DNA of 64,000 bases from Eledone cirrhosa (GCA_964016885.1 OZ024746.1:4588001-4652000); one strand, 5' to 3'. Positions 29,488-43,282 are shown, counted from the stretch's first letter. The notes: generated by a model from the letters alone, not told the origin. Translations and numbers: made by a program.

Positions 29488-29687
29488 NNNNNNNNNNNNN
29501 NNNNNNNNNNNNNNNNNNNNNNNNNNNNNNNNNNNNNNNNNNNNNNNNNNNNNNNNNNNNNNNNNNNNNNNNNNNNNNNNNNNNNNNNNNNNNNNNNNNN
29601 NNNNNNNNNNNNNNNNNNNNNNNNNNNNNNNNNNNNNNNNNNNNNNNNNNNNNNNNNNNNNNNNNNNNNNNNNNNNNNNNNNNNNNN
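29488..29687. other. assembly gap (200 N)
   Basis: Run of n. Confidence 1.
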
Positions 29688-29829
29688 GGAATATGTTGAA
29701 TAAAATCATAACTAACTGATCCTCCTGTATTTTATCCCAAACCATTTATATTTGTAATGAACTCCATTAATTCATTGCTGCCTTTCCAAGCAACAATGAT
29801 ATTGTTTCTGTACTTGTCGCTGTTGTTCA

Positions 29830-30167
29830 GTAGACGTTGAACAAAAATGTTTTGCGGCATATAGCTACATCCCTTTGCGTTCAGGAGTCAAATCCCACCG
29901 AGGTTAACTTTGCCTTTCACCCTTACAGGATCGATAATATCAAACACCAGTAACACACTGGGATCGATTTAATCCACTTTCGTCTCCCCCAAAAGTGTTG
30001 GTCTTGTGCCTAAATCAGAAACCATTATTATTGAAGCATAGAGTTACGTCCCCTTTATGATCTGAATTCAAATCCCGCCGAGGTTAACTTTGCCTTTCAT
30101 CCTTACGGGGTCGATAAAATAAAGTACCAGTAATGTACTGTAGTTGCTGGCCTTGTGCCAAAAAATA
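29830..30167 (+). mobile_element. two tandem family-A SINE copies
   Basis: Cores at about 29900 and 30080; the second runs into (GAA)n. Confidence 0.85.
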
Positions 30168-31537
30168 AAAGAAGAAGAAGAAGAAGAAGGCAAAGAAGAA
30201 GAAGGAAGAAGAAGAAGAAAGAAGAAGAAGAAGAAGAAGAAGAAGAAGAGAAAGAAGAAGAAGAAGAAGAAGAAGAAGAAGAAGAAGGGCAAAGAAGAAG
30301 AAGAAGGCAAAGAAGAAGAAGAAGAAGAAGAAGAAGAAGAAGAAGAAGAAGAAGAAGAAGAAGAAGAAGAAGGCAAAGAAGAAGAAGAAGAAGGCCAAAG
30401 AAGAAGAAGAAGAAGAAGAAGAAGAAGAAGAAGAAGAAGGCAAAGGAAGAAGAAGAAGAAGGCAAAGAAGGAAGAAGAAGAAGAAGAAGAAGAAGAAGAA
30501 GGCAAAGAAGAAGAAGAAGACAAAGAAAGAAGAAGAAGGCAAAGAAGAAGAAGAAGAAGAAGAAGAAGAAGAAGAAGAAGAAGAAGAAGAAGAAGAAAGA
30601 AGAAGAAGAAGGCAAAGAAGAAGAAGAAAGAAGAAGAAGAGAAGAAGAAGAAGAAGAAGAAGAAGAAGAAGAAGATAGAAGAAGGCAAAGAAGAAGAAGG
30701 CAAAGAAGAAGAAGAAGAAGAAGAAGAAGAAGAAGAAGAAGAAGAAGAAGAAGAAGAAGAAGAAGAAGAAGAAGAAGGCAAAGAAGAAGAAGAGAAGAAG
30801 AAGAAGAAGAAGAAGAAGAAGAAGAAGAAGAAGAAGAAGAAGAAGAAGAAGAAGAAGAAGAAGAAGGCAAAAGAAGAAGAAGAAGAAGAAGAAGAAGAAG
30901 AAGAAGAAGAAGAAGAAGAAGAAGAAGAAGAAGAAGAAGAAGAAGAAGAAGAAGAAGAAGGCAAAGAAGAAGAAGAAGAAGAAGAAGGCAAAGAAGAAGA
31001 AGAAGAAGAAGAAGAAAGAAGAAGAAGAAGAAGAAGAAGAAGAAGAAGAAGAAGAAGAAGAAGAAGGCAAAGAAGAAGAAGAAGAAGGCAAAGAAGAAGA
31101 AGAAGAAGAAGAAGAAGAAGAAGAAGAAGAAGAAGAAGAAGAAGAAGAAGAAGAAGAAGAAGAAGAAGAAGGCAAAGAAGAAGAAGAAGGCAAAGAAGAA
31201 GAAGAAGAAGAAGAAGAAGAAGAAGAAGAAGAAGAAGAAGAAGAAGAAGAAGAAGAAGAAGAAGAAGAAGAAGAAGGCAAAGAAGAAGAAGAAGAAGGCA
31301 AAGAAGAAGAAGAAGGCAAGAAGAAGAAGAAGAAGAAGAAGAAGAAGAAGAAGAAAAGAGAAGAAGAAGAAGAAGAAGAAGAAGAAGAAGGCAAAGAAGA
31401 AGAAGAAGAAGAAGAAGAAGAAGAAGAAGAAGAAGAAGAAGAAGAAGAAGAAGAAGAAGAAGAGAAGAAGGCAAAGAAGAAGAAGAAGACGAAGAAGAAG
31501 AAGAAGAAGAAGAAGAAGAAGAAGAAGAAGAAGAAGA
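30168..31537. repeat. 1.37-kb (GAA)n tract with recurrent GGCAAA interruptions
   Basis: Directly visible. Confidence 0.98.
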
Positions 31538-31866
31538 CAAATAAAATCATTTATTTCTCAGAGATAGCAGTTAGTGGAAATTATTTCTTTCATTTGAGAA
31601 AGCTCTTAACAGTATTAACTGTTTAATGTGTCTGCCACGGTTTCACCGTCTCAATGCACTTAAGTGCATTATCTATGAACAATATGTTATGGCTGATATT
31701 GCTGTTGTTGTTGTTGTTGTTGTATCTACTGTCGTTATTATCATCATCGCCACATACATCATCCTCATACTTGTTTTACTCCACCATTTTCCCCATCATC
31801 ATCATCAATAGCTGTAATGGTTGTAGTAGTAATAGTAGCACAATATTAATAATAATAGTAGTAGTG

Positions 31867-31906
<40 letters not shown>

Positions 31907-32065
31907 GTAGTAGTAGTAGTAGCAGCAGCAGCAGCAGCAGCAGTAGCAGTAGTAGTAGTAGTAGTAAGTAGTAGTAGTAGTAGTAGTAGCAGCAGAGCAG
32001 CAGTAGTAGTAGTATTAGTAGTAGTAGTAGTAGCAGGCAGCAGCAGCAGTAGTAGTAGTAGTAGT

Positions 32066-32097
<32 letters not shown>

Positions 32098-32192
32098 TAG
32101 TAGTAGTAGCAGCAGCAGCAGCAGTAGTAGTAGTATTAGTAGTAGTAGTAGTAGCAGCCAGCAGCAGTAGTAGTAGTAGTAGCAGCAGCAGC

Positions 32193-32232
<40 letters not shown>

Positions 32233-32690
32233 AGTAGCAGCAGCAGCAGCAGCAGCAGTAGCAGTAGTAATAGTAGTAGTAGTTTTGAAGAAGACAAGTA
32301 TAAACGCTTATAATAGAAATTGGAAAATGTCTTAATCTAAAAACTATTTTTAAACATTTTACTACTTCAAGTTTTATATACATATAGAGTTGTGTATATA
32401 TATATATGTGTGTGTGTGTATGTATGTATGTAGGTGTATGTGTGTGTGTGATATATATATATATATATATATATACAGAGAAAGAAGGAGAGAGGGAGAT
32501 AAATACGTATAGACGACCACACATATATATCTATATCTTATTTATAAGGACATTTAAAAATACTTCCATTATGATGGATGTATGTATATGAGAATATATA
32601 TATAATATATATATATACCTATATATGTGTGTGTGTATATATATACATATATGAATATAATTTCATATTCTTGATTTTTTTCTAAAATTG

Positions 32691-32725
<35 letters not shown>

Positions 32726-32929
32726 GTGACAATGTGTATGTGTGTGTGTTTGAGTAATTGTTAAGATACTATTGTGTCAAAAGAGTTGAAAAAAAATGAA
32801 AAAGAATTTATAACGAGAAAATATTAAAGCTAATTCAGGCGTGATGTTTCATAGACATCACTGAGAAACATCAGTCTGTTAAAATGATTGTAGTTGTGTG
32901 CAGTCCGATCACCAAAGTTCATGGGTACC

Positions 32930-33053
<124 letters not shown>

Positions 33054-33133
33054 TAGATATATGATATAAATATATATATATTTATATCATATTTATATGT
33101 ATATACATACATATAAATATAATATATATATAA

Positions 33134-33191
<58 letters not shown>

Positions 33192-33294
33192 CTGTGTGTG
33201 TTTGTATATATAAATATATATAAATATATATATATATATATCATATTTATATGTATATACATATATATAATATATATATATAAATTTATATTTG

Positions 33295-33333
<39 letters not shown>

Positions 33334-33786
33334 ACAATATATGTATAAATTATAAGTATATATATATATATATCATATTATATATATATATATTATCTGG
33401 TTTGTTTGAAGCATTGTTTAAAGCATATAGTGTAGAAAATGATATGTTTAAGAAGGCTAAGACAATGCGAATCGGACGATAACATGAAGGCAACAACATA
33501 TATATGTTTGTATATATATATATACATATATATATATTGGAAAATGTGTGAAATCCTTGGTATAGTTAGTATATTTGAAAAAAAGAAAAGAATGACTTCA
33601 CTTGTAGTTCTAAACAATTTTATTTAATTTTATAATATTATAATTTGAAAATTTGGTTTTGTAGATCTAGTAAGTTCTTTGTTAACTTCGCTGGGGAGAC
33701 TTTTTAAAGATTCCTGGTTTAACTTTCCTGGAGAACTTTCTAGCATTCGTCTGTGGCGATTGTCAAACTGATCTCAGTTTGAACAG

Positions 33787-34160
<374 letters not shown>

Positions 34161-34165
34161 ATATC

Positions 34166-34206
<41 letters not shown>

Positions 34207-34267
34207 TAGGGGGGGGGGGGAAGCTATACACGCATGTGTGTGCGGTATCGTTGACAAGTATTTATTC

Positions 34268-34343
<76 letters not shown>

Positions 34344-34989
34344 TGCATTCATTACGTACGGCTGCATAAATATCAGCATGTGACCATGTTATACATATAT
34401 ATATATATGAGAGAGAGAAATGCGACATATATGTGTGTGTATGCGTATGTATTTATATATATATATGTGTGTGTGAGTGTATGCGTGTGTTTTTTCACTC
34501 ATATGCTTTGGTGTTTGTGAACATTAAGAAAATTTCATTTTCATTTAAATTGTTCTAAAGAGAACAAAGGACAAAAGGAAATGTAGGTTTTTATGGAGAT
34601 ATACAATGATAATGTGTCTATGGCGTCTGGTATCGATGACATCTCTGTGGCGCAGCATATGTTGGATAATTGTTATATACTCATATGGTTTGTGTATGGC
34701 GGAGAGAGAGAATATGTTTGTGTGCATGTGTGTGTGTGTGCATGCGCACATTTATATGTATGTGTGTGTGGTTATGAGTGTGTATCCATATGTGAAACAC
34801 GAAATACAGACAACTGCAATATAAAGTATTTTTATTAACACTTCTTTTGTATTTTGTACACATTTCTCTCTTCCTCTATCTCTCTCTCTCTCTCTCCACA
34901 ACTTCAATGGACCTGTTATTTTTATCTAAAGACATTTTTTTCCAATTCCATCCCGCCCGTCCCCTCGATCTATCTTATTTCTCATTCTT

Positions 34990-35025
34990 TCTTCTGATGA
35001 AGGACTAGCGTCCGAAACGTTAAGA
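34990..35025 (+). ncRNA. minimal type I hammerhead ribozyme
   Basis: TCTT CTGATGA A GGAC TAGC GTCC GAAA CG TT AAGA: stem I TCTT/AAGA, stem II GGAC/GTCC, stem III ACGT; predicted cut after 35021. Confidence 0.8.
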
Positions 35026-35112
35026 CCCTCTTCCTGCTATATCAAGCGTTAACCTAATATATCCCTTCCATATACTGTACCGAATGCGTTGTTATTTCTG
35101 TTTACCTTTTAC

Positions 35113-35298
<186 letters not shown>

Positions 35299-35312
35299 AT
35301 ATATATACATAC

Positions 35313-35413
<101 letters not shown>

Positions 35414-35515
35414 ACGAAGGAAATGTGGTAAGGCACCAGGTGGGCCATAACGCACCAGAGTACTCGATACTTTAGGTAGTAGAGTGGATAATAGAAAAAG
35501 GTTCTGGACCCCAAC

Positions 35516-35588
35516 GGCAGAGCTCAAGCCGTTTCGACAGCTATTTCTGGAATCCAGAAATAGCCGTCGAAACGGCTTGAGCTCTGCC
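35516..35588. repeat. near-perfect 73-bp palindrome containing the 3' half of a hammerhead
   Basis: 36-bp arms, 1 mismatch, 1-nt loop; minus strand GTC GAAA CGGC TTGAGCTCT GCCG TT GGGG. Confidence 0.8.
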
Positions 35589-35602
35589 ATCCTGAACCGT
35601 TT

Positions 35603-35660
<58 letters not shown>

Positions 35661-37098
35661 TAATAAAATTATTTATACTTATATATAAACTTTGACACTA
35701 TTGATACCAACGTATCTTTATGAATGTTCTGTAGAATAAGAATTTAATTATATGTTTAAGCTTTACCAATGCTCTGATGATTCCAAACGGTTGTGTGGAG
35801 GAGGCGATTGTCAGGAATGGAATGTATTAAACATAGTTTTGATTGTTCTGTACTTTATATATATATTACACACACATTAATTTATCCCTTTGGCTTTGTT
35901 CCCCACTAAATCTAAGGAGTCTAAATTGATTCAAAAAATCATTTCTTGTTTCTGAGTCGGGGTCCACGTTAGTTAATTAATGTACCACGGCCTGGCAAAA
36001 TAACTCCGTGTCACTTTGAAAACAATATTATTATTATTTTCACTTTTTTTACGAAACTAGTTGAGAGCCTCAATTTTGGAATAAATGTAATTCATTTATT
36101 CGCGCCATTCCTTCTGCACCCACACAGGATGACTACTACAGTCTGTGAGCAGTGTTCCAACAAGGTTGATGCTGAAGAGGATGAAGCAGTTCAAAATTGC
36201 TTACATAATCACTGGTTGATATCCACGTACGACTAAGACTACAATAAAGAGATAACACAATACAAAGCAAGCTCTGTATACACCCCCTACACACACACAC
36301 TTATATTAATATACTTTTTCTCACAGCCTCGTACTTACAAGCACACACACACTCTTTTACTTACATATACACACACATATCCTCTTAGCTTTGTACGGAC
36401 GTATAATAACACACACACACACAGACACACGCGCACAAGTATAGTTCTATATACAAAACGTTTTTCTTTTCCATTTCAGGTAGACGCGCTCCATTATCCA
36501 CTTTTCTAAACAAGTATATCATCCACAAAACGCCAGCATCAACAGTTTTCCAAAAGATGACAACATGAATGGACCTGTTATTTTTATCTAAAACATTTTT
36601 TCCGATTCCGCCTCGCCCGTCCCTTCAATCTTTCTAATTTCTCATTCTTTCTTCTGAAACGTTAAGACCCTCTACTTGTTAACCTAAAATATTCATTCCA
36701 TATACTGTACCGATTGTGTCGTTATTTCTCTTTAGCTTATATATATATATATATTAATAAAAACAATGAATAAAAACAAAGAATAATATATGCTGTCTTC
36801 ATATATATGTGAAGGTATGTATATTTCCTCTGATAGTTTGTAATATTTTTACATAGATCTATATGATATACATACCAACACACATATACATCCTAGAAAC
36901 GATCGTAAAATGATGAATTTTTTAATATAAGGAACTTGTTCTTTGTTTTTATTCATTGTTTTTATTAATTTATCTTGACTCTGTTTTTCCTATGATTTTC
37001 ATCGAAAATTTTTGAATGCATCTTCTCTTTTCATGATATTTGGATTACATTGAGTTCTTCATACGGATTGGAAACTACCGTATATTTTGGTAGATTTA

Positions 37099-37193
<95 letters not shown>

Positions 37194-37371
37194 AAATACG
37201 TTCCTTCACGCACAAGGCGCCAAGGTACGCATGTATTGTCCAACCAAATGCCAGTGTGGTTCAATGGCGGGTTAATAAATTAACGAGCCAGAACAAATAT
37301 AAACAAGGTTTAGTAAATAATGAAAAAGTTTCAAAATAAATTTTAAAAAATTGACTTTACCTACTATAGTT

Positions 37372-37455
37372 ACCTTTACCGATCGGTTTCGAATCCCAAA
37401 AATAAAACGGAGACCATACGGCCTTCGTTGCAAAGAAAGATTCTCGTCAGAAGGT
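37372..37455 (-). ncRNA. type I hammerhead ribozyme, fully canonical core
   Basis: ACCTT CTGACGA GAATC [43 nt] GATTC GAAA CCGATCGG TA AAGGT: 5-bp stem I, 5-7-bp stem II, palindromic stem III ACCGATCGGT, GUA cleavage triplet. Confidence 0.88.
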
Positions 37456-37793
37456 TCTTTTCATTCAAAGAATATAAAATTCCTGAATTTAAATCACAAA
37501 CTAGCGCTATCAAAACTGTTCCTGGGATGAGAGTGGATGATGTAGAACAGGTTTATCAAGGGCCGTAGCAAAGATAGAGGCAAAAGGAGGTAGGTCAAAC
37601 TAGCCACAGCTATTGCTAGCAGCAGTCAGAACGACCAAATTTGTTCTCAACGTTAGTGGAGGTAGTAGTAATAGGAAATATATATATTAGGTAAGTATGT
37701 TTTGAAACAGCGAGCGATATTAAAATAAAACCTTTCGCCGTATTTTTTACTTAAGAAATTTTAGCCTAATAGAAATAGAAAAAAGTTGAGTAT

Positions 37794-37864
37794 TGAAGTA
37801 CATGGGAGTCGAACCCACATCTTTGGTTATCCAGACCATTGTGCTACCATTACACTTACACATC
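37794..37864 (-). pseudogene. 71-nt tRNA-like cloverleaf (anticodon GGA) inside 26-bp inverted repeats
   Basis: GATGTGT AA GTGT AATGGTA GCAC A ATGGT CTGGATA ACCAA AGAT GTGGG TTCGACT CCCAT GTACTTC A; T5 run 9 nt downstream. Confidence 0.65.
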
Positions 37865-38056
37865 ACCCCTCGCTGTTTCAAAACATTCTTACCTGTCGTT
37901 ATACTTGCTAAGAATTTAGTTTCTAATTTGAATGGAAGGAGATGGGTGCTGTGTTGGTGTAATGATAGCATAAATGTATGTATGTGTGTACACATGTATA
38001 AGTGTGTGCATGTGCGTGTTTTTATATATGGATATATTCATATATATATATATATA

Positions 38057-38918
38057 TAATTACATAAACGGAGAAAGCTATTAGCGATACTCCGACCAAT
38101 TTCCAACTCACTCAACAAACATTAGGAAATACCGGAGTATATTCCCAATTAAACGTTTGGGGTGCTAACTATATTGTATTGTGTGGATAATTGGTTGTAT
38201 TATTTTATATGAGATATATTAAAGATCTCATTCCCCAAATGATCGTTTCATTATAAGATTTCTACATGGTGGGTGAAATTATACCAAGTTATGTAGAAGC
38301 TTGTGTAAGATCAATGGATTCTTATTCAAGTGAGCTCTTATAAATATTCAGTTGGTGCCCAAGTAATATTAATATTAATAACTAAATCAATATCAAAATT
38401 TAGCGATAATCACCATCAGTGCTAAAAAGATCTGTTAGGTTGTAAGTCCAGCAGTTCTAAAGAAAAATCTCACACTGTCCCGAAGATGGGAAGAGGAGGC
38501 TACCGTGAAAAAATAATATACACGCAGGTCATTGAACTCTAACAAGAATTGAAGCCTCGTGGATATGAACAAATAAATATGTGTGCACTGTTTAAGGACA
38601 CATAGAGATATTTTCTCAGGCAAAATAACAGACATGAGATACAAACAATCAATATTCATATTAAAAAAATAAACAAAGAGAGTCATACCTTATATCGGGA
38701 AAGTTCATATCTGGTAATCCAAGAGTATATTACATAATTACATAAACGGAGAAAGCTATTAGCGATACTCCGACCAATTTCCAACTCACTCAACAAACAT
38801 TAGGAAATACCGGAGTATATTCCCAATTAAACGTTTGGGGTGCTAACTATATTGTATTGTGTGGATAATTGGCTGTATTATTTTATATGAGATATATTAA
38901 AGATCTCATTCCTCAAAT
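38057..38918. repeat. 184-bp near-identical direct repeats (38057-38240, 38735-38918) around about 495 bp, between (TA)n tracts
   Basis: Directly visible, 2 mismatches seen. Confidence 0.9.
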
Positions 38919-39068
38919 ATATATATATATATATATGCAAAAGTTTTATTTAAAATTGTTGGGTTACAACGAGTAAATATTTTATAACTGATATAAAAGC
39001 ACTCAACAAGTTTTGGAGTATTTTACGATATTAAACAAATGGAAACTACATTTATAAAACCATATTTA

Positions 39069-39130
39069 TTTCATTATATATATTTCAGGGATATCATATT
39101 AAAAATATAGTATGCCCTCTTCAGACAAAA
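39069..39130 (-). ncRNA. type I hammerhead ribozyme (left arm of a 139-bp inverted repeat)
   Basis: TTTTGT CTGAAGA GGGCATACTATAT TTTTA ATATGATATCCCT GAAA TATATA TA ATGAAA. Confidence 0.72.
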
Positions 39131-39269
39131 TACAATATATAAACAGTTTTATAAATAAATTTGACATACCTTAAAACTTTACAACTTCCATTTAAAAAGT
39201 TGTTATGGTAGTGAAAATGTTAAGGACAGTTAGAAAGAAATTTATTTATAAAACTGTTTATATATTGTA

Positions 39270-39331
39270 TTTTGTCTGAAGAGGGCATACCATATTTTTA
39301 ATATGATATCCCTGAAATATATATAATGAAA
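39270..39331 (+). ncRNA. type I hammerhead ribozyme (right arm of the 139-bp inverted repeat)
   Basis: TTTTGT CTGAAGA GGGCATACCATAT TTTTA ATATGATATCCCT GAAA TATATA TA ATGAAA; stem III palindrome ATATATAT; predicted cut after 39325. Confidence 0.75.
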
Positions 39332-39373
39332 TAAATATGCTTTTATAAATGTAGTTTCCATTTGTTTAATATC

Positions 39374-39430
<57 letters not shown>

Positions 39431-40151
39431 TTGCAAGGTTTTTGATATGAAATCGTGTGTCGAAACAAATATATATATATATATGTATGTATAACTAAAC
39501 TGCATTTAGAGGTTTCATGATTCTGTGTCAGAGGTGGGTGTAAAGGGGGGGGGGGGGTATAAAGTACAACAACAATAATAACAATAACAAGATGGAAGCG
39601 ACACTTCCCAACAATAGTCAATAAGAAAAATGGCTGAAGAAAAGATGTTTCAGCTAATTTTTACCCCTCTCACATTTACCATTGGACACAATACATAAAG
39701 CTACCGGGAATATTCCCAATAATTAGACAACAGATACATAATATTAATGGTTGTCTAGGAATGATGGTGACGAAAGGTGGTCAGCAATGACCAAGGGAAA
39801 TCACGCTGTTATTTCTGCATGGACACAACAGTTGGGTACTATCATTTACCTAACTATTTATATATCTACTTATCAAAGTGTCAGATGCTATTGTCCATCT
39901 CTTCTTCCCTGTGTTTTATATATCCATATGTATTTATCTGTCCGTCGGTCTGTCATTCCCTAGCGCAAAATCTCTCTCTCTCTCCCCCTCTCTCTCTCTT
40001 TCTCCCCCCTCTCTCTCTCTCTCTCTCTCTCTTATATTGAGTCATATATCTTTTAAATTTGAATTATTGGTCATCTCAACCAAGATCCATTGACCTTATT
40101 TATGGCGAAACATGATCATCATACATATTAAATATATTTTGATACCTTAAC

Positions 40152-40228
<77 letters not shown>

Positions 40229-40309
40229 ATAACAGCTCATTTTTGACGAGAGGTGGAAAAACAAAACCAAATAATTTCTCTGAAACATATTTGATACATC
40301 GCTGGAGAT

Positions 40310-40870
40310 TACTCTTTTATTCTTTTACCTGTTCCAGCCATCCGGCTGAGGCCATGCTGGGCACCGCCCTTGTTGCTACACATTCTATCTCCAGGCCATG
40401 TTGGCTGGCCATTGGTGCAAGAGGGAGTTCGTTGCTGCTGCCCTTTAGGTTATCATCTGGGATCCTAGATAACAAGGTGTCGAGATGTTTCTTGAAAATA
40501 CCCACCTCCACACCATGCAGATCTCTCAAATTTCTTGGCAGCTTGTTGAAGAGTTGAGGGCCTTTGAACGCCAGGCTATTGCAATATCTGCTCCTTATTC
40601 TGGATGTGAAAGACGGTACCTTCGGCACCACACATGACGTCCTGTTCGGGGGGGAGGGGGTCCAGCCCCCAATGCCAAAGTTTGATGCTAGTCCCTCCAG
40701 GATTTTCCATATGTATATCACTGCGTATCTCTCCCGTCTTCGTTCCAAGGAGTTTCAGTTCTTTTAGCCTCTCCCAGTAGCTTATCTCCTTCATCGTGGC
40801 AATCCTCTTGGTGTGGATTCGTTGGATTGCCTGAAGCTCCGTAGTTAGTTTGATACTCTGGGGGTGACCA
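40310..40870 (-). pseudogene. 3' end of a CR1-group LINE (ORF2 C-terminus, 3' UTR and TAAAAGA tail)
   Basis: ELQAIQR..SYWERLKELKL/ERRRERYAVIYIWKILEGL..NSLAFKGPQLFNKLP..FKKHLDTLLSRIPD; frameshifted. Confidence 0.85.
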
Positions 40871-41701
40871 TTATTGTGATAACACGTATTCAACAAATAT
40901 CTGATATTTTCACAATTTACATATTTTCAAATACATTGTCGTCGAGCCTCATGTCAACCCTAACTAAATAATCATATAATCACATGAATTGCGGCATGTG
41001 CCAGCAAACCTAGCTGCTATCTAAATTACATAATTTACATAGTTTATCTACTAAATTACATAATTTATCTACTAAATTTCGTAGCTGTTGATTAAATATA
41101 TTTTATTCCTTATTTAAAGATTCACTTCTTTAAAATTTTCCATATCTATATGCATATATACTTGCGTATAATATCAATATGCACACTACACATGCACGGA
41201 GGGTGGTTTTTCTGCTAGTTTCATTAATGACGAGTGACCACGTAGAGACTCTATCATTAGCTCATATACTTTAAATATGTCCTACCTTTACAGGAACAAA
41301 GATAGAGAGGCTACTACAACGTAGAAGGACCATATCCATATTTATTTGCTATATTTATACCTTCAAAGCGACTGAATACGTCTCATTGGAAAATCCAAAT
41401 ATGTTAAATTATTATTCTCGTTATTTACAGAGATCAGGGAAAAAAGTTTTAGGTTTTGAATTAGGAAAACAAAAACTTTGACAAACAGAGAGAATTCTAT
41501 ATTTTTGTTTGTAATAAACTGTTGTATTTGATGATTTTCCTATAAATTATTGCATAGAAAAATCATCAAAGTCTAACGGTTTCTTAGTTGATCTTTTCAT
41601 TTACATAGTTTGCACAGAGTTCAAAGCTAAAACACACACGAGCACACAGATACAAACTTGCACACACACATGTATGTATATATAGAGATGTGTGTATAAC
41701 G

Positions 41702-41736
<35 letters not shown>

Positions 41737-42262
41737 GATGTATACTTCCCAAGTCGTATGTATACGGATATTCGCCATTATATCACTGTATACGGACGCC
41801 TGCAACATGTACCTACCATATATCTAAGAATATATATATATATATATAAATGAACTGATGCATGTATTTCAACATATACACTAGACAATATGCATACGTA
41901 CATACATATGCTGGTTTTTCACAGTTCCTCCCCATTGCCACCACTGCCATTGCTGGCTGTTGTATTTCATGTTAGCCTGGTCTTCTTTTTATTCATGTTT
42001 TATGTGCTAATGTATTACTTTATCATGAATATTATTTATCACTTTTATTACAAGTTTCTCTGATCTCTTGTTAAAAATATCATTTTCATCTCTTCCTCAC
42101 TCTTTCTCTTGCCTCACTCTTCACCCATTTTTAGTTGTCCCTCATATTTTTTCTGTCTATCAATCTAGCGTTGTCTAATTTATCTGTCTGTCTGTCTGTC
42201 CCTCTACCTTTCCGGCTATCTGCATATATATCTATTCAGATAACTATCAGTGGAGTATTTAC

Positions 42263-42365
<103 letters not shown>

Positions 42366-42548
42366 TACATATATATATACATATATATATGTATATATAT
42401 ATGTATATATGTATATATACATATATACATATATATATACATATATATATATATACATATATACATATATATATACATATATATATATATACATATATAC
42501 ATATATATATACATATATATATACATACATATATACATATATATATAC

Positions 42549-42607
<59 letters not shown>

Positions 42608-42696
42608 CATATATACATATACATATACATATATACATATACATATATACATATATATATATATACATATATACATATATATATATACATATATAC

Positions 42697-42727
<31 letters not shown>

Positions 42728-42743
42728 CATATATATATATATG

Positions 42744-42790
<47 letters not shown>

Positions 42791-42793
42791 GTA

Positions 42794-42907
<114 letters not shown>

Positions 42908-43251
42908 GCTCACATGTTTTCTTGAATAAGTTAATCGACTCCCGATTTCATCAGACCAACGTCAGAAGGCGTCATCCATTTAGAATTCTGTGCGTTACCA
43001 ACACTCCAGAAGTTTCTTTCTCTCTCTCTCTCACTCACTCTCTCTCTCCCCCTCTCTCTCTTTCTCTCACTAGACCATTCTCTTCAATTTCAATCTATAA
43101 TTATACTTATTGGCTCCCCCCCCCTCTTCTTTTTTTGGACTCTCTCTTTCTCACACACACATACATACACATTCTCACTATTACCATCTCTCTCCTCACT
43201 TTCTCTCACATGCACACGTACTCTCTCACACATACATATTCTCTCTGTTAG

Positions 43252-43282
<31 letters not shown>

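Larger units (their letters stand above)
28232..29745 (+). mobile_element. mariner-derived MITE expanded by an internal minisatellite
   Basis: Starts TA|CGAGAGG..CTCCTGGCCTTAAGG; after the array it encodes the mariner C-terminus CVNLRGEYVE*; related copy begins at about 63914. Confidence 0.6.

Noticed and set aside
28177-29745. 522-aa Cys-repeat ORF
   Set aside because: Product of the 42-bp minisatellite read through an N gap, inside a MITE
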